Shown piece after piece: positions 17,384 to 29,070 of a stretch of DNA of 64,000 bases; positions within the stretch are counted from its first letter, which is position 1; every line of letters starts with the position of its first letter. The stretch covers positions 24,844 through 88,843 of the forward strand of contig DAOTXX010000129.1 in assembly GCA_034434835.1 (NCBI GenBank), given 5' to 3'. The DNA is from Thermoflexales bacterium (GTDB taxonomy: Bacteria; Chloroflexota; Anaerolineae; Fen-1058). A program made the position numbers and the translations under genes. The notes beneath the pieces are model-generated. The model saw nothing but the letters and a program-made list of their open reading frames with translations. It searched no databases and had not been told where the DNA came from.

Positions 17384-17983
17384 TTTTGCTCCTTGTACGA
17401 TGATTCGGCGGTGATGTCAGTTCATCTTCCCTTGGCGAACGCAACTGCTCAGCCTGCTGGCGACCGAGGCCGCGTCGGGTGGGTCTGTGACCGGGCCACG
17501 TGCCTACCGTAAATACAGTGGCCGCGCCAATGATTCACATCATCGCACGGCCTCATGAGACGACCGTCCCTGCCGCAAGCCACTTGCTCGCTTGGCGAGC
17601 CTTGTTCAAACCCTGGAAGGCAAGAGATCGGCCACAGCCGAATGAGGTTGTAGGGAGGATACGCAAGCGCACTATATTGGCTGTGCCAGTCCACATGGTA
17701 TGGCCCGAGCGAACACGTGATGAGATCAAGACCGCGAGTGCGACCCCGGAAATGGATAAAGTGCGACAACGGCGAACTGGATGGCTGGCGGATTGAATTC
17801 CGAGCAACACTAATACCATTATACCAGAAAATCCGCGTGATCGCCGCCAGGAGAGAGGAAATGGGAGACGGAAGCTATTGAGGCTTCGTGTCTTGGTGTC
17901 TTTGTGGTAGAATTCGGGCATCGAAGGTCAGAGGTCGAAAGTCGGAAGGCTATCTCCGACTTCGCCTCACAGGCTTGTGACTT

Positions 17984-19450
17984 TTGCCTTCCGACGAAAG
18001 GAGTGTCCTCTTGAAAGACCTCATCGAACGCGCGTTGAACGTCGCGCAGCTCAAAGGTGCGACCTACGCGGATGTGCGTCTCGTCCACAACGAGACCGAA
18101 TCCATCACCGTCAAAAACGGCGTCGTCGAAGCTTTGGGGCACAGTCAGGACCAGGGCCTGGGTGTGCGCGTCATCGCTGAGGGCGCGTGGGGCTTTGCTT
18201 CCTCTGCGGTCTTGACGACGGCCGAAGCCGAGCGAGTCGCCGCGCTGGCGGTGAGCATCGCTCAAGCTTCGGCGCTGTTCAAGACCCAAGACGTGGACAT
18301 TGGCCCGCCGGTCGTCAGCCGAGGTGAATACCGCACGCCGGTCGTGATCGATCCATTCGCCGTGCCCCTGGAGCGCAAAATCGAGACGTTGCTCAAAGCG
18401 GACGCGCTGATGCGCCAGGCCCCGGGCGTCCGAGTGGCGACGGGCACGATGACGTTCATCCATGAGCGCAAGACGTTCGCCAGCACCGAAGGCAGTTGGA
18501 TCGAGCAAGAGATCATCGAATCGGGTTGCGGCCTCCAGGCTACGGCGGTGGGCAATGGCGAAGTGCAGACCCGTTCGTACCCCAACTCGTTTGGCCGCCA
18601 CCAGATGACGCGCGGCTACGAGTTCATCGAGGAGATGGATTTGGTGGGCAACGCCGGACGTGTGGGCGAAGAGGCCGCCGCGCTGCTTCGTGCTGATCCA
18701 TGCCCCAGCGGCGTGATGACCATCATCCTGGGCGGGCCGCAGCTCGCGCTCCAGGTTCATGAATCGTGCGGGCATCCGATCGAGCTGGATCGCGTGTTCG
18801 GCACCGAGGCTTCATTCGCAGGTACATCGTTTTTGACGACGGACAAGCTGGGGACATTCCGTTATGGGTCGCCGGTCGTCAACATCACCGCCGACTCGGT
18901 GACGCCTGGTGGCTTGGGCACGTTTGGTTGGGACGACGAAGGGGTGCCCGCGCAATCCACGCCGATCGTGCGCGAGGGTATCTTTCAGGGCTACCTGATG
19001 TCGCGCGAGACCGCGCGTAAGCTCGGCAAGACCTCGAATGGCTGCATGAGAGCTTCGGGCTGGAACCGGATGCCGATCATCCGTATGATCAACGTGAGCC
19101 TGGAGCCGGGCACGTGGAAGCTGGAGGACCTGATCGCCGATACCGATCACGGCATTTACATGGACATGAATCGCTCATGGTCCATTGACGATCGGCGGTT
19201 GAATTTCCAATTCGGCACCGAGGTCGCGTACGAGATCAAGGGCGGCAAGCTGGGCCGCCTGTTCAAGAACGCGATCTACACTGGCCTCACGCCCGAGTTC
19301 TGGGGCCAGTGCGATGCGGTGTGCAACCGTGACCACTGGGTCGTGTGGGGCACGCCGAACTGCGGCAAGGGCCAGCCGATGCAGGTGGCGCACACCGGGC
19401 ATGGCGCGGCGCCCGCCCGCTTTCGCAACATCCAGGTTCGAGGGGCATGA
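17984..19450 (+). CDS. tldD: TldD-family metalloprotease.
   Basis: HESCGHPIELD (HExxxH) and GxC motifs; 479-488 aa. The likely true start is the TTG at about 18011, after the RBS AAAGGAG. Confidence 0.85.
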   Translation: MPSDERSVLLKDLIERALNVAQLKGATYADVRLVHNETESITVKNGVVEALGHSQDQGLGVRVIAEGAWGFASSAVLTTAEAERVAALAVSIAQASALFKTQDVDIGPPVVSRGEYRTPVVIDPFAVPLERKIETLLKADALMRQAPGVRVATGTMTFIHERKTFASTEGSWIEQEIIESGCGLQATAVGNGEVQTRSYPNSFGRHQMTRGYEFIEEMDLVGNAGRVGEEAAALLRADPCPSGVMTIILGGPQLALQVHESCGHPIELDRVFGTEASFAGTSFLTTDKLGTFRYGSPVVNITADSVTPGGLGTFGWDDEGVPAQSTPIVREGIFQGYLMSRETARKLGKTSNGCMRASGWNRMPIIRMINVSLEPGTWKLEDLIADTDHGIYMDMNRSWSIDDRRLNFQFGTEVAYEIKGGKLGRLFKNAIYTGLTPEFWGQCDAVCNRDHWVVWGTPNCGKGQPMQVAHTGHGAAPARFRNIQVRGA

Positions 19451-19503
19451 GACCCCCACCCTGGCGAAGATTTAGGACCTTTATAAGGTCTCAGGAGAAC
19501 ACC

Positions 19504-20850
19504 ATGCTTGGACAAACACAAGCCAGACAGATCACCGATCGCGTGTTGACACTGACCAAGACCGGCCAGGCCGAAGTGCTGTTGTGGATCACCGAGAGCG
19601 CCCTCACGCGCTTTGCCAATAATACCATTCACCAGAATGTGACCGAGACCAACACCGCCGTCACGCTCCGCGTGGCGCTGGGGCAAAGGGTGGGCCTGGC
19701 GTCCACCAACGACGCGACGGAGAGTGGGCTGGCGAAGGTGGTCGAACGGGCGACAGAACTGGCTCAGTTACAGCCGGAAAACCCGGAATTTGCAGGCTTC
19801 CCGGAGCCGTCGCCTTTCACGCCCGCGTCTGGGTTCGATGAGGCCGCCGCGTCCGCGACGCCACACCAGCGGGCCAGCGCTGTCGGCGAAATCATCCGCC
19901 AATCCAGAGAGGGCGGCACCATCGCCGCGGGCGCGTTTTCCACCAGCAGAATAGAAATTGCCATTGCCAACTCGCGCGGTGTGTTCGGCTATCATCCGGC
20001 GACAACCTGCGACCTTCACGCGGCTGTGATGGCCGAGGGCGGCGGCAACGGCTACGGTCAGGTGACCTCGTGGAAGCTGGATGACATACTGGGCAGCGTC
20101 GAACGGGTGGGCCGCGAGGCAACGCACAAAGCGCTGCGCGCGCGCGATCCCCAACCGCTCGAACCGGGCGTGTTCACCGTCGTGCTCGAGCCTTATGCCG
20201 CGCTCGACATATTGGAAATGCTGAACCATGTCGGATTCGGCGCGCGGGCGATGCAAGAAGGCCGCAGTTGGATGAACGACCGGATCGGCCAGCAGGTCAT
20301 GTCGCCTGTCGTGACGATTGTGGATGACGGCCACGACGAATTGGGTTTGCCCTTGCCTTTTGACTTTGAGGGGGTGCCCAAGCAAAAGGTCGTGCTCGTC
20401 GAAAATGGTGTACCGCGCGGCCCGGTGTACGATACGACAACGGCGCGCAAAGATAGCAAATCCTCCACCGGCCACGCACTCCCGCCGCCCAACACCTACG
20501 GGCCGGCCGCGCTCAACCTGGTCATGTCGCCCGGCACGGCGACGGTGGAAGAGATGATCCGCTCGACCGAGCGTGGGCTGTACATCACGCGATTTTGGTA
20601 CACGCGCGTCGTCCATCCGCGCGATTGCGTCATCACCGGCATGACGCGCGACGGCACGTTCCTCATCGAACGTGGCGAGCTGACGACGCCGGTCAAGAAC
20701 CTGCGCTTTACGCAGAGCTATGTTACCACGCTGGCAAAGGTCGAGATGATCGGCCAGGAAGCGCGGACACTTGCAGGCGGATATTTTGGCGCGGCGCGCG
20801 TCCCCGCGCTCAAGCTGCGCGAGTTCAGCTTCACAGGAGTGACCCAGTGA
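19504..20850 (+). CDS. pmbA: PmbA/TldE-family partner of TldD.
   Basis: 449 aa starting MLGQTQARQI after the RBS AGGAGAAC. It has the TldD/PmbA fold without HExxxH, which is typical of TldE. The track ORF has an N-terminal over-extension. Confidence 0.8.
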   Translation: MLGQTQARQITDRVLTLTKTGQAEVLLWITESALTRFANNTIHQNVTETNTAVTLRVALGQRVGLASTNDATESGLAKVVERATELAQLQPENPEFAGFPEPSPFTPASGFDEAAASATPHQRASAVGEIIRQSREGGTIAAGAFSTSRIEIAIANSRGVFGYHPATTCDLHAAVMAEGGGNGYGQVTSWKLDDILGSVERVGREATHKALRARDPQPLEPGVFTVVLEPYAALDILEMLNHVGFGARAMQEGRSWMNDRIGQQVMSPVVTIVDDGHDELGLPLPFDFEGVPKQKVVLVENGVPRGPVYDTTTARKDSKSSTGHALPPPNTYGPAALNLVMSPGTATVEEMIRSTERGLYITRFWYTRVVHPRDCVITGMTRDGTFLIERGELTTPVKNLRFTQSYVTTLAKVEMIGQEARTLAGGYFGAARVPALKLREFSFTGVTQ

Positions 20851-21240
20851 AGGATGGCCGTTGGCCTGTTGAGATGGGAACCGGCGGAGCGCGTGTCAGA
20901 TCGCTCCGCCGGTTTTTTAATTGAGTGTTTTGCATTAATACACGGTTAGTCAAAGTTGGGCTATAATCTTACTGGACCTGGCAATATTCACATCTAGCGG
21001 TTGGAGTGCAGGCTTCAGCCTGCTCAGCCGCCAGATGTAGCAGCCCAAGGGCTGCAATCCGGCGATTGGCCAAATATGGTAATCTTGTTATGGGTCTTGT
21101 GGGTATAAGGCCATCATCAAGCAAGCTTCTACGTTCGATGGAGAAGGCGGCGCGCCCGGCGCCATGGTCCGCCCCCTGTGAGCGGCCTTTCGGCAGGCCT
21201 CTGAGGCGACGTTGCTTGACCATATAGCCGGAGGTGGGCG

Positions 21241-24200
21241 ATGAAAGAGAGTCGCAAGACCAAGGCGCAACTCTTGAGCGAATTGGCCGAGTTGCGAACG
21301 CGCCTGGCCGAATTGGAAACCGTCGAAGCCGGGCGTCAGCGAGCCGAGGCTGCCCTGCGCGAATCGGAAGCCAAATACCGCACACTGATCGAGCAACTCC
21401 CCGCCGTCACGTACATTGCCGCGCTAGATGAACAGAGCAGCACGCTCTACCAGAGTCCCCAGATTGAGCAGATCGTAGGCTTTACGGCCGAAGAATGGAC
21501 CTCCGATCCCGACCGATGGGCCAAACAGCTACATCCCGACGACCGCGAGCGCGTGCTGGCCGAGCTGGCCCACAGCCATGCCACCGGCGAACCGTTCCGT
21601 TCCGAGTACCGCCTGATCGCACGGGACGGCCGCGTGGTCTGGGTCCGCGATGAGGCCGCGATCGTGCAGGACGAGGTCGGGAGTCCCCTTGTTCTTCAGG
21701 GCGTTTTGTTCGACATCACACGGCGCAAACAGATGGAACAGGAATTGGCGCAACATCAAAGTCGTTTGGAGCAACTGGTTCAAGAGCGCACTGCCCGGTT
21801 GCAGCAAGAGATCATGGAACGCCAACAGGCCGAAGAAGCGTTGCGGCGCAGCGAGGCGTTGCTGAGTGAATCGCAAAAGATCGCCCATCTCGGCAGTTGG
21901 GAATTCGATCTGGCCGCCAATCACCTGACCTGGTCGGATGAGGTCTATCGTATTTTCGGGCTGCGTGCAGAAGAGTTTGCCGCCACCTACGAAGCGTTCC
22001 TGGAGTGTGTTCACCCGGACGATCGCGCGGCTGTGGACGCTGCCTATGTCAGCTTGGTGCGTGACGGGAAAGACATTTTCGAGTTCGAGCACCGGGTGAT
22101 CCGTAAGGACACTGGCCAGGTCCGCCATGTGCACGAAAAGTGTATCCATGCGCGAGACGCATCCGGCAACATCGTAAGATTGATCGGCATGGTGCTTGAC
22201 GTCACCGAACGCAAGCGGGCAGAGCAGGTGCAAGCTGCCCTCTATCGCATCTCGGAAGCGACCCAGACTGCTCAAGACCTGAGCGAGCTTTTTGGCCTGA
22301 TCCATGCCATCATCGGTGAGTTGATGCCGGCCCCCAACTTTTACATCGCTCTCTACGATGCCTCCGCCGATGTGTTTGTGACTCCCTACCTGGTGGATGA
22401 ATTCGGTGTTCCCCCGCCTCCTTACAAGCCGGGCAAGGGGCTGAACGCTTATGTGTTACGGACCGGAGAACCCCTGCTCGTGACGCCAACCGTCTTTGAA
22501 TACCTGGTGCAATCGGGGCAGGTGGAATTGATCGGTAGACCCGTGGTGGATTGGCTGGGTGTGCCACTGAAAACGCCGCACGGAACGATCGGCGTGATGG
22601 CCGTCTATACGTACACTGAGGCTGCCCGTCTCACCAAAGTAGACAAGGACGTGCTCGTGTTTATCTCCGCCCAAGTGGCAATGGCAATCGAGCGCAAACA
22701 AGCGGAAGATGCCCTGCGCGCAAGTGAGGCTCGTTTCCGCAATTTGTTTGAAGGCATCCCGGCCTGCTGCTGGACTTTTGATCGGCAAGGCACGATCCTG
22801 GACTGGAACCGCGCCAGCCAGGAATTGTATGGCTGGACCGCCGAACAAGCCATCGGCAAAACTATGTATGAGTTGATGGTGCGGGAAGAAAATGTCGCGG
22901 CGACGCAGGAAACAATCGCGGCCGTCTTTGCCGGGCAATCCTTCCGGGGCCTGGAGTATTTGGATTGGCGGGCCGATGGGACAACATGTGACGTGCTGGT
23001 CAACGAGTATCCCGTGTGGGACAGCCAGGGCCAGGTCATCATGGGCATCTGTGCCGAGTTGGACATCACCGAGCGCAAGCGAACGGAAAAAGAGATCCAG
23101 CGGTTGAACCAGGACCTGCAGCGCCGGGCACGGGAACTGGTCGCTCTCAACCGGGCCGGGCAGATCATGGCCTCTACGCTGGACCTGAACACACTGCTCG
23201 AACGGGTTATGGAGCGGGTCAGGATTTTGCTGGACGCCGAAGGCGCGTCCGTCCTGCTGCGTCCCACTGAGGCCGATGCGGCCAGCGATGAACTGGTCTT
23301 TGCTGCGGCTACCGGCCCGGGGGCCGAAAAACTGCCGGGCCTGCGGCTGTCTTCGGCAGGCGTCGCGGGTTGGGTCGTGCGTGAGGGGCAGGCTGCGCTG
23401 ATCGCCGATGCTCAGAATGACCCACGCCATGAGCGCCAGGTGGATGCTCTCACCGGCCTGACTACCCGATCGCTTTTGGCCGTGCCGTTGATCTCGAAGG
23501 GGACGGTGTGGGGTGTGGTCGAGGCGGTCAACAAGGGCACGGGCACTTTTGATGTACATGACCTGCGCGTGATGGAGGCGCTGACCAGTTCGGCTGCCAT
23601 CGCCATCGAAAACGCCCGGCTGTTCTCGATGGTGAATCAAGAAAAACGGCGGCTCGAGTTTCTCTATCACCTGAGCCAGCAGCTCGCCGGAAGCCTTGAC
23701 GTGCGAGAGATTGCCCAACGCGCGTTGGATGGCCTGCGCGCCGTGGCGGGACTCTTGCGCGGCCTTGTCGCCGTGCGGGAGCGCGACTCGTTGCGGTTGG
23801 TGGCTGTGTCGGGCTATGACGCCGAATCGCTCGAGGCGCTGAATCAACGACTGCCTCTCCGCGTGGGCTATGGATTGCTCGGCTGGGTGGCGGCCCAGCG
23901 CCAACCGGCTATTGTAGACGACGTGACGCAAGACCCGCGCTGGGTAGTGGTGTCGGGGATGGACGAGTGGGTCCGCTCGGCGTTGAGCGTGCCCCTGCTC
24001 AGCGGCGATGAACTCGTGGGGGTGCTCAGCATCTACAGCGACCGGCCGGCTTATTTTACAGAGGACATCTGCCGACTGGTCGAGTCGGCGGCCGCGACGG
24101 TGGCCGTGGCGATCGCGAATGCCCGCCTGTATGCCACGGAGCAACAGCGCGCGACCGAGCTAGGCCGCGCGCTCGAACAGCAGCGCGAATTGGATCGCCT

Positions 24201-24894
24201 CCAGCGCGAGTTCATCCAGAACGTCTCGCACGAATTGCGCACTCCCCTGTCGCTCATTCGGGGACATGCCGAAGTGCTCGAAGCCGGCTGGCTGGGCGCA
24301 CTGATGCCCGAGCAGCGCGAATCCATTGAGGTGATCTCGCGCCGCGCGCAGATGTTGGGCAAGCTGGTGGACGACATTCTGCGCTTATTGGAGGTCGAGC
24401 GGCGGGAATTGAGGAAAGAGGCCGTAGACCTGGCGCAACTGGTTCAGACATTGATGACAGATTTCCAGGCAGCAGCCGACCAGGCGGGTCTGACCCTGAG
24501 CGCCGAGATTACGCCTGAGCTGCCTCTGGTGTTGGGCGATCCGGTCGCGTTCCGCCGGGCTTTGGATAACCTGGTGGGCAACGCGCTCAAGTTCACTCCT
24601 GTTGGGGGGCGCGTGAGCGTCCGCCTCTCTCGAAGCGAAGGAGCGGTAAGACTCGAAGTCGCTGACACGGGCATCGGCATCCCCGGCGATCAGTTGACGC
24701 GCATCTTTGAACGGTTCTATCAGGTGGATGGCAGTGCGACCCGCAAGTACGGGGGGGTGGGGCTGGGACTGGCGTTGGTGAAGGAGATTGTCGAAGCGCA
24801 CGGCGGGCAGATTATGGTGGCGAGCCAGGTCGGCATTGGGACCACGTTTACCATTGTCCTGCCGATGACGGCTCAGGATGACCCGGTGATGTAA
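21241..24894 (+). CDS. Multisensor histidine kinase (PAS-PAS-GAF-PAS-GAF-GAF-HisKA-HATPase_c).
   Basis: 1217 aa with repeated PAS signatures (SEAKYRTLIEQLP..., SEALLSESQKIAHLGSWEFD..., SEARFRNLFEGIP...). It has the H-box FIQNVSHELRTPLSLIRG and HATPase N/G-boxes (NLVGNALKFTP; GGVGLGLALVKEIVEAHGG). Confidence 0.85.
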   Translation: MKESRKTKAQLLSELAELRTRLAELETVEAGRQRAEAALRESEAKYRTLIEQLPAVTYIAALDEQSSTLYQSPQIEQIVGFTAEEWTSDPDRWAKQLHPDDRERVLAELAHSHATGEPFRSEYRLIARDGRVVWVRDEAAIVQDEVGSPLVLQGVLFDITRRKQMEQELAQHQSRLEQLVQERTARLQQEIMERQQAEEALRRSEALLSESQKIAHLGSWEFDLAANHLTWSDEVYRIFGLRAEEFAATYEAFLECVHPDDRAAVDAAYVSLVRDGKDIFEFEHRVIRKDTGQVRHVHEKCIHARDASGNIVRLIGMVLDVTERKRAEQVQAALYRISEATQTAQDLSELFGLIHAIIGELMPAPNFYIALYDASADVFVTPYLVDEFGVPPPPYKPGKGLNAYVLRTGEPLLVTPTVFEYLVQSGQVELIGRPVVDWLGVPLKTPHGTIGVMAVYTYTEAARLTKVDKDVLVFISAQVAMAIERKQAEDALRASEARFRNLFEGIPACCWTFDRQGTILDWNRASQELYGWTAEQAIGKTMYELMVREENVAATQETIAAVFAGQSFRGLEYLDWRADGTTCDVLVNEYPVWDSQGQVIMGICAELDITERKRTEKEIQRLNQDLQRRARELVALNRAGQIMASTLDLNTLLERVMERVRILLDAEGASVLLRPTEADAASDELVFAAATGPGAEKLPGLRLSSAGVAGWVVREGQAALIADAQNDPRHERQVDALTGLTTRSLLAVPLISKGTVWGVVEAVNKGTGTFDVHDLRVMEALTSSAAIAIENARLFSMVNQEKRRLEFLYHLSQQLAGSLDVREIAQRALDGLRAVAGLLRGLVAVRERDSLRLVAVSGYDAESLEALNQRLPLRVGYGLLGWVAAQRQPAIVDDVTQDPRWVVVSGMDEWVRSALSVPLLSGDELVGVLSIYSDRPAYFTEDICRLVESAAATVAVAIANARLYATEQQRATELGRALEQQRELDRLQREFIQNVSHELRTPLSLIRGHAEVLEAGWLGALMPEQRESIEVISRRAQMLGKLVDDILRLLEVERRELRKEAVDLAQLVQTLMTDFQAAADQAGLTLSAEITPELPLVLGDPVAFRRALDNLVGNALKFTPVGGRVSVRLSRSEGAVRLEVADTGIGIPGDQLTRIFERFYQVDGSATRKYGGVGLGLALVKEIVEAHGGQIMVASQVGIGTTFTIVLPMTAQDDPVM

Positions 24895-24922
24895 TGGCTC
24901 AGGCTTGTGAGAGGACAGGCAA

Positions 24923-27900
24923 ATGGACAAATCGCCAAGCGCTCGTCAGCGGAACAGACGCCTGACTATTGGCTATCTGGCACTCTCTATCTCTGAAGAC
25001 CTCAGTCAAGCCCGGTGGTTCGGAGTGGCCGACGCAGCCTGGAAACATGGAGCCAATTTGATCTGTCTCCGAGGGGGACCTTTGCATGATCCGATCGGCC
25101 TCTACCGACGAACCACTCCGCTCTACGACCTGCCCAGTCCAGAGATTGTGGACGGTTGGGTGATCGGCAACGTGGTAGCCGATACCCCGGCCAGCTTGGC
25201 CAAGTTCAGGGGCTTTTGTGAGCAGCAGTCAGGCTTGCCGATGGTGTGCATCAGGGAATTGTCGAGCGAGATCCCGTATGTCCCCGTGGACAACTATCAA
25301 GGGATGCGAGAGGCCGTGCTTCACCTCGTCCAGGCGCATGGGTATCGTCGCATCGCTTTTTTGCGCGGCCCTGAGGCCCATCCCTATGCTCAGGAGCGGT
25401 ATCGTGCCTATACCGGTGTGCTCCAAGAATACGGATTGCCCTTCGATCCCAATTTGGTGACCCCGCCGCGCGATTGGAATGAACCGGCGATCCAGGTGCT
25501 GCTCAGTGAACGCAAGCTGCGCCCCTCGATGGATTTCGAGGCCATAGTTGCCGCCAATGATTGGATGGCCCTCGACGCGATGAGAAAATTGCAGGCCCAG
25601 GGCGTCCGAATTCCTGGAGACGTTGCCATCGTTGGGTTCAATGATAATTCAGAAGACCGGGGTATTGTTCCACCCTTGACCTCGGTGGCATTGCCGTTTT
25701 ACGAGCAAGGGCAACGAGCATGCGAGATGTTGCTGACGCTGTTGGCAGGTGATCGGCTGCCAGAGCAAACAGTCCTGCCCGCCACGCTGAAGGTTCGCCA
25801 GTCGTGTGGCTGTACGTCTGAGGCGGTGACACAGGCGGCTGTGGGGTCGGCGGCGATAGCTCCAGAACCGCCTGAGACAGCCCTGGCGGCCCGGCGGACA
25901 GAGATTCTGGCCGAGGCGGCGCAGGCGCTGGGGCCGGCTGAGAGTAGGGCCGCCGAGAGGGTAGGGCGGTTGTTGGATAGCTTTACGGCACAAGTGCAGG
26001 GCCAAGCCTCTGGCGAGTTTATGCGAGCATTGGACGACATTTTGCGTCAGGTGTACTGGGCGGATGGCGACGTTGCGGCATGGCATCAAGTCGTTTCGAC
26101 GTTGCGCCGCCGAGTGATACCCTACCTGGACAGCGGCCTATGGTTGCGAGCCGAGGACCTGTGGCAGCAGGCGCGAGTGTTGATTGGGGAGATGGCGCAG
26201 CACGTCGAGATACAGCGGGCGTGGCAGGCCAGGCGGCAAGCCCAGTTGCTGCGCGAGATCAGCCAGTCGCTTATCACGACTTTTGAGATGGGCCAGTTGA
26301 TGGACGTGCTGGCCGACCGGTTGCCGAGTCTGGGTATTCCGGGTTGTTATCTGTGTTTGTACGAGGACCCGTCCCGGCCCGCCGAGTGGTCGCGCCTGAT
26401 GCTGGCCTACAATGAGCACGGTCGCATCGAGCTGGAACCTGAAGGGCGACGGTTCCCTTCGCGGCGATTGATCCCGGAGGGGATACTTGTGCCAGAGCAA
26501 CAATACAGCCTGGTCGTGGAGTCGCTGTACTTTCAAGAGCAGCAACTTGGGTTTGTGATCTTTGAAGCCGGGCCACGGGACGGTAAGGTCTATGAGACGT
26601 TGCGCGATCAGATCAGCAGCGCGCTGCAAGGGGCGTTGCTGGTGCAGCGGGTGCGGGAGCGTTCGGCAGAACTGGCCCGGCAGCAATACGTTCTGGATAC
26701 GTTCATGGAGAATGTCCCCGACCGCATCTACTTCAAGGACCTGAATAGCCGGTTTACGCGAGCGAACAAGGCGCATGCCCTTCGGATGGGGCTGAGCGAT
26801 CCGGCGGACGAGATCGGCAAGAGCGACTTTGACTTTTTCCCAGAGGAGCAGGCGCGGGTCAAGTACGAGCTAGAGCAGGAGATCATCCGCACCGGCCAGC
26901 CGGTCAGCCTGGAGGAGGAAAGTGTGTCGTCGAATGGGCGGGCGGGCTGGTTTCTGACGACCAAGATGCCATTGCGGGACGAGCATGGCCGCATCATCGG
27001 CACGTTTGGCATCTCGCGTGACATTACCGAATTGAAGCAATACCAGGCGGCGTTGGAGCGTGCCTATACTGAGGTGGATCGTCAAGTCCATGAGCGCACT
27101 GCCCAGTTGCAGCAAGAGATCGCCGAGCGCCAACAGGCCGAAGAAGCGTTGCGCGAAAGCGAGGCACGCTACCGGGCCTTGATCGAAAGCCAGGTTGACC
27201 TGATCAGCCGATACCTGCCAGATACCACGCTGACATTTGTCAACGACGCTTACTGTCGCTTTTTCGGCAAGACGCGCCAAGAATTGATTGGGCACAGTTT
27301 TTTGTTCATGATCGCGCCCGAGTCCCGCGAGTTGGTCCGTCAAGAGACCGCAGACCTGGCCAAGAACCCCCGACCACTCGCAGGTGAGTATCTGAATTAC
27401 GGGCATGATGGCAAAGCGTATTGGATCCGATGGGTCGTTCAATGTATTAGCGATGAAAGCGGTCGAGTGGTCGAGCTGCAGGCCGTAGGCCGTGACATCA
27501 CCGAACGCAAACGGGCCGAAGAAGCGCTGCGCGAAAGCGAGGCCAGGTATCGTCAATTGTTTGAACTGGGGTCGGACGCGATCTTTTTGATTGATAACGA
27601 AACGGGTCGTATCCTCGAGGCCAATGCGACCGCGTCAGCGCTATATGGATACAGCCGGGAGGAACTGCTATCCAAAAAGCACACAGACTTGTCTGCCGAG
27701 CCAGACAAGACCCGGCAGGTCACGCTCGCCGGGGTTACCCAGGTGCCCCTCCGTTGGCATCGCAAGAAAGATGGGACCGTGTTCCCGGTTGAAATCACCG
27801 CTCGTCATTTTACCTGGCATGGGCGAGAGGTTCACATCGCTGCTATCCGCGACATCACCGAGCGCAAGCGGGTGGAGGAGGAAATCCGCAAACTCAACGA

Positions 27901-28627
27901 GGAGTTGGAACAGCGGGTGGTGGAACGCACGGCGCAACTGGAGGCCGCTGTCCGGGAACTGGAGGCGTTCTCGTATTCGGTATCACATGACCTGCGTGCG
28001 CCCTTGCGGGCGATAGATGGCTTTGCGCGGATACTGCTGGAGGAGCATGTATCGCAATTGCCATCCGAAGTAGCGCGCTACCTGCGGATCATGTTTGAGA
28101 ATGCCCAGCAAATGGGGCGGCTGATTGACGGGCTGCTGGCGTTTTCGCGGTTGAGCCGTCAGCCGGTTAACCGGCAGCCGATTGCGATGGTGGAGCTGGT
28201 GCGCCAGGCGCTCGAAAGCCTCAGCAGCGAACAGGCCGGGCGGCGCGTCGAAATCTTGATAGGCGACTTGCCGATCTGTCAGGGGGACCCGACGCTGTTG
28301 CGGCAGGTCTGGGTCAACCTGCTGTCGAATGCGCTCAAGTTCACGCGGGGACGCGAGGTGGCTCGGATCGAGATCGGCTGTGTCGAACAAGAGGGCGAGC
28401 TGGTGTACTTTGTCAAAGACAACGGAGTGGGTTTTAATATGGAGTATGCGGACAAGCTGTTTGGGGTGTTCCAGCGGTTACATCGGGCGGACGAATACGA
28501 AGGCACGGGGGTGGGGTTGGCGATTGTGCAGCGCATTATCCAACGTCACGGCGGGCGCATCTGGGCCGAAGGCCAAGTGGACCACGGAGCCACGTTTTAT
28601 TTTACCCTTCCGCGGAAAGGAGACTGA
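24923..28627 (+). CDS. Hybrid sensor histidine kinase with an N-terminal LacI-type periplasmic-binding-protein-like sugar-binding domain (no HTH, no signal peptide), then GAF-like, three PAS, HisKA and HATPase_c.
   Basis: 1234 aa. The N-terminal 300 aa resemble the LacI/PBP1 ligand domain (ICLRGGPL...[21 protein letters not shown]...[12 protein letters not shown]). PAS segments follow ([14 protein letters not shown]; [14 protein letters not shown]). It has a Cph1/BphP-type H-box ([22 protein letters not shown]) and a HATPase_c domain. Confidence 0.8.
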   Translation: MDKSPSARQRNRRLTIGYLALSISEDLSQARWFGVADAAWKHGANLICLRGGPLHDPIGLYRRTTPLYDLPSPEIVDGWVIGNVVADTPASLAKFRGFCEQQSGLPMVCIRELSSEIPYVPVDNYQGMREAVLHLVQAHGYRRIAFLRGPEAHPYAQERYRAYTGVLQEYGLPFDPNLVTPPRDWNEPAIQVLLSERKLRPSMDFEAIVAANDWMALDAMRKLQAQGVRIPGDVAIVGFNDNSEDRGIVPPLTSVALPFYEQGQRACEMLLTLLAGDRLPEQTVLPATLKVRQSCGCTSEAVTQAAVGSAAIAPEPPETALAARRTEILAEAAQALGPAESRAAERVGRLLDSFTAQVQGQASGEFMRALDDILRQVYWADGDVAAWHQVVSTLRRRVIPYLDSGLWLRAEDLWQQARVLIGEMAQHVEIQRAWQARRQAQLLREISQSLITTFEMGQLMDVLADRLPSLGIPGCYLCLYEDPSRPAEWSRLMLAYNEHGRIELEPEGRRFPSRRLIPEGILVPEQQYSLVVESLYFQEQQLGFVIFEAGPRDGKVYETLRDQISSALQGALLVQRVRERSAELARQQYVLDTFMENVPDRIYFKDLNSRFTRANKAHALRMGLSDPADEIGKSDFDFFPEEQARVKYELEQEIIRTGQPVSLEEESVSSNGRAGWFLTTKMPLRDEHGRIIGTFGISRDITELKQYQAALERAYTEVDRQVHERTAQLQQEIAERQQAEEALRESEARYRALIESQVDLISRYLPDTTLTFVNDAYCRFFGKTRQELIGHSFLFMIAPESRELVRQETADLAKNPRPLAGEYLNYGHDGKAYWIRWVVQCISDESGRVVELQAVGRDITERKRAEEALRESEARYRQLFELGSDAIFLIDNETGRILEANATASALYGYSREELLSKKHTDLSAEPDKTRQVTLAGVTQVPLRWHRKKDGTVFPVEITARHFTWHGREVHIAAIRDITERKRVEEEIRKLNEELEQRVVERTAQLEAAVRELEAFSYSVSHDLRAPLRAIDGFARILLEEHVSQLPSEVARYLRIMFENAQQMGRLIDGLLAFSRLSRQPVNRQPIAMVELVRQALESLSSEQAGRRVEILIGDLPICQGDPTLLRQVWVNLLSNALKFTRGREVARIEIGCVEQEGELVYFVKDNGVGFNMEYADKLFGVFQRLHRADEYEGTGVGLAIVQRIIQRHGGRIWAEGQVDHGATFYFTLPRKGD

Positions 28628-28629
28628 CC

Positions 28630-29070
28630 GTGAACCATCTGGATGCCGTGGACATTTTGCTGGTGGAGGATAACCCTCGGGATACCGAGTTGACCCTGCG
28701 GGCGCTCAAGAGACGTAACCTGGCTAACCGGGTGTTTGTGGTGGCAGATGGAGCTGAGGCGCTGGATTTCATTTTCTGCCGGGGCCAGTACGCGCAGCGG
28801 GAGGTGGGACATTCGCCCAAGGTGATCCTGCTTGACTTGAAGCTGCCCAAGGTGAACGGCCTGGAGGTGCTGCAGGCGATCCGGGCGGACGAACGAACGC
28901 GGAGGATTCCGGTGGTGATGGTGACTTCTTCGAGCGAAGACCCAGACATCGAGGCAGCCTACGAGTTGGGGGCCAACAGCTATGTGGTCAAGCCGGTCGA
29001 GTTTGATGCTTTTCAGGAAGCTATGAGCCACCTGGGCTTTTATTGGCTGCTGGTCAATCGGGTCACTTGA
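28630..29070 (+). CDS. Single-domain response regulator (Rcp1/CheY-like receiver).
   Basis: [19 protein letters not shown]...[14 protein letters not shown]...NSYVVKP matches the Rcp1-type standalone REC. Its GTG start is 3 nt after the HK stop. Confidence 0.8.
   Translation: MNHLDAVDILLVEDNPRDTELTLRALKRRNLANRVFVVADGAEALDFIFCRGQYAQREVGHSPKVILLDLKLPKVNGLEVLQAIRADERTRRIPVVMVTSSSEDPDIEAAYELGANSYVVKPVEFDAFQEAMSHLGFYWLLVNRVT

Noticed and set aside
17925-17960. Similarity of GGTCAGAGGTCGAAAGTCGGAAGG to the SRP RNA domain IV or the RNase P P4 region.
   Set aside because: The conserved GGAAGGAAGCAGC (SRP) and AGGAAAGUCCGGGCUC (RNase P) cores are not present. It is better explained as a local leader hairpin.
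22456-24144. 562-aa - ORF inside the first histidine kinase.
   Set aside because: Antisense shadow; the sense strand carries unmistakable PAS/GAF/HisKA motifs.
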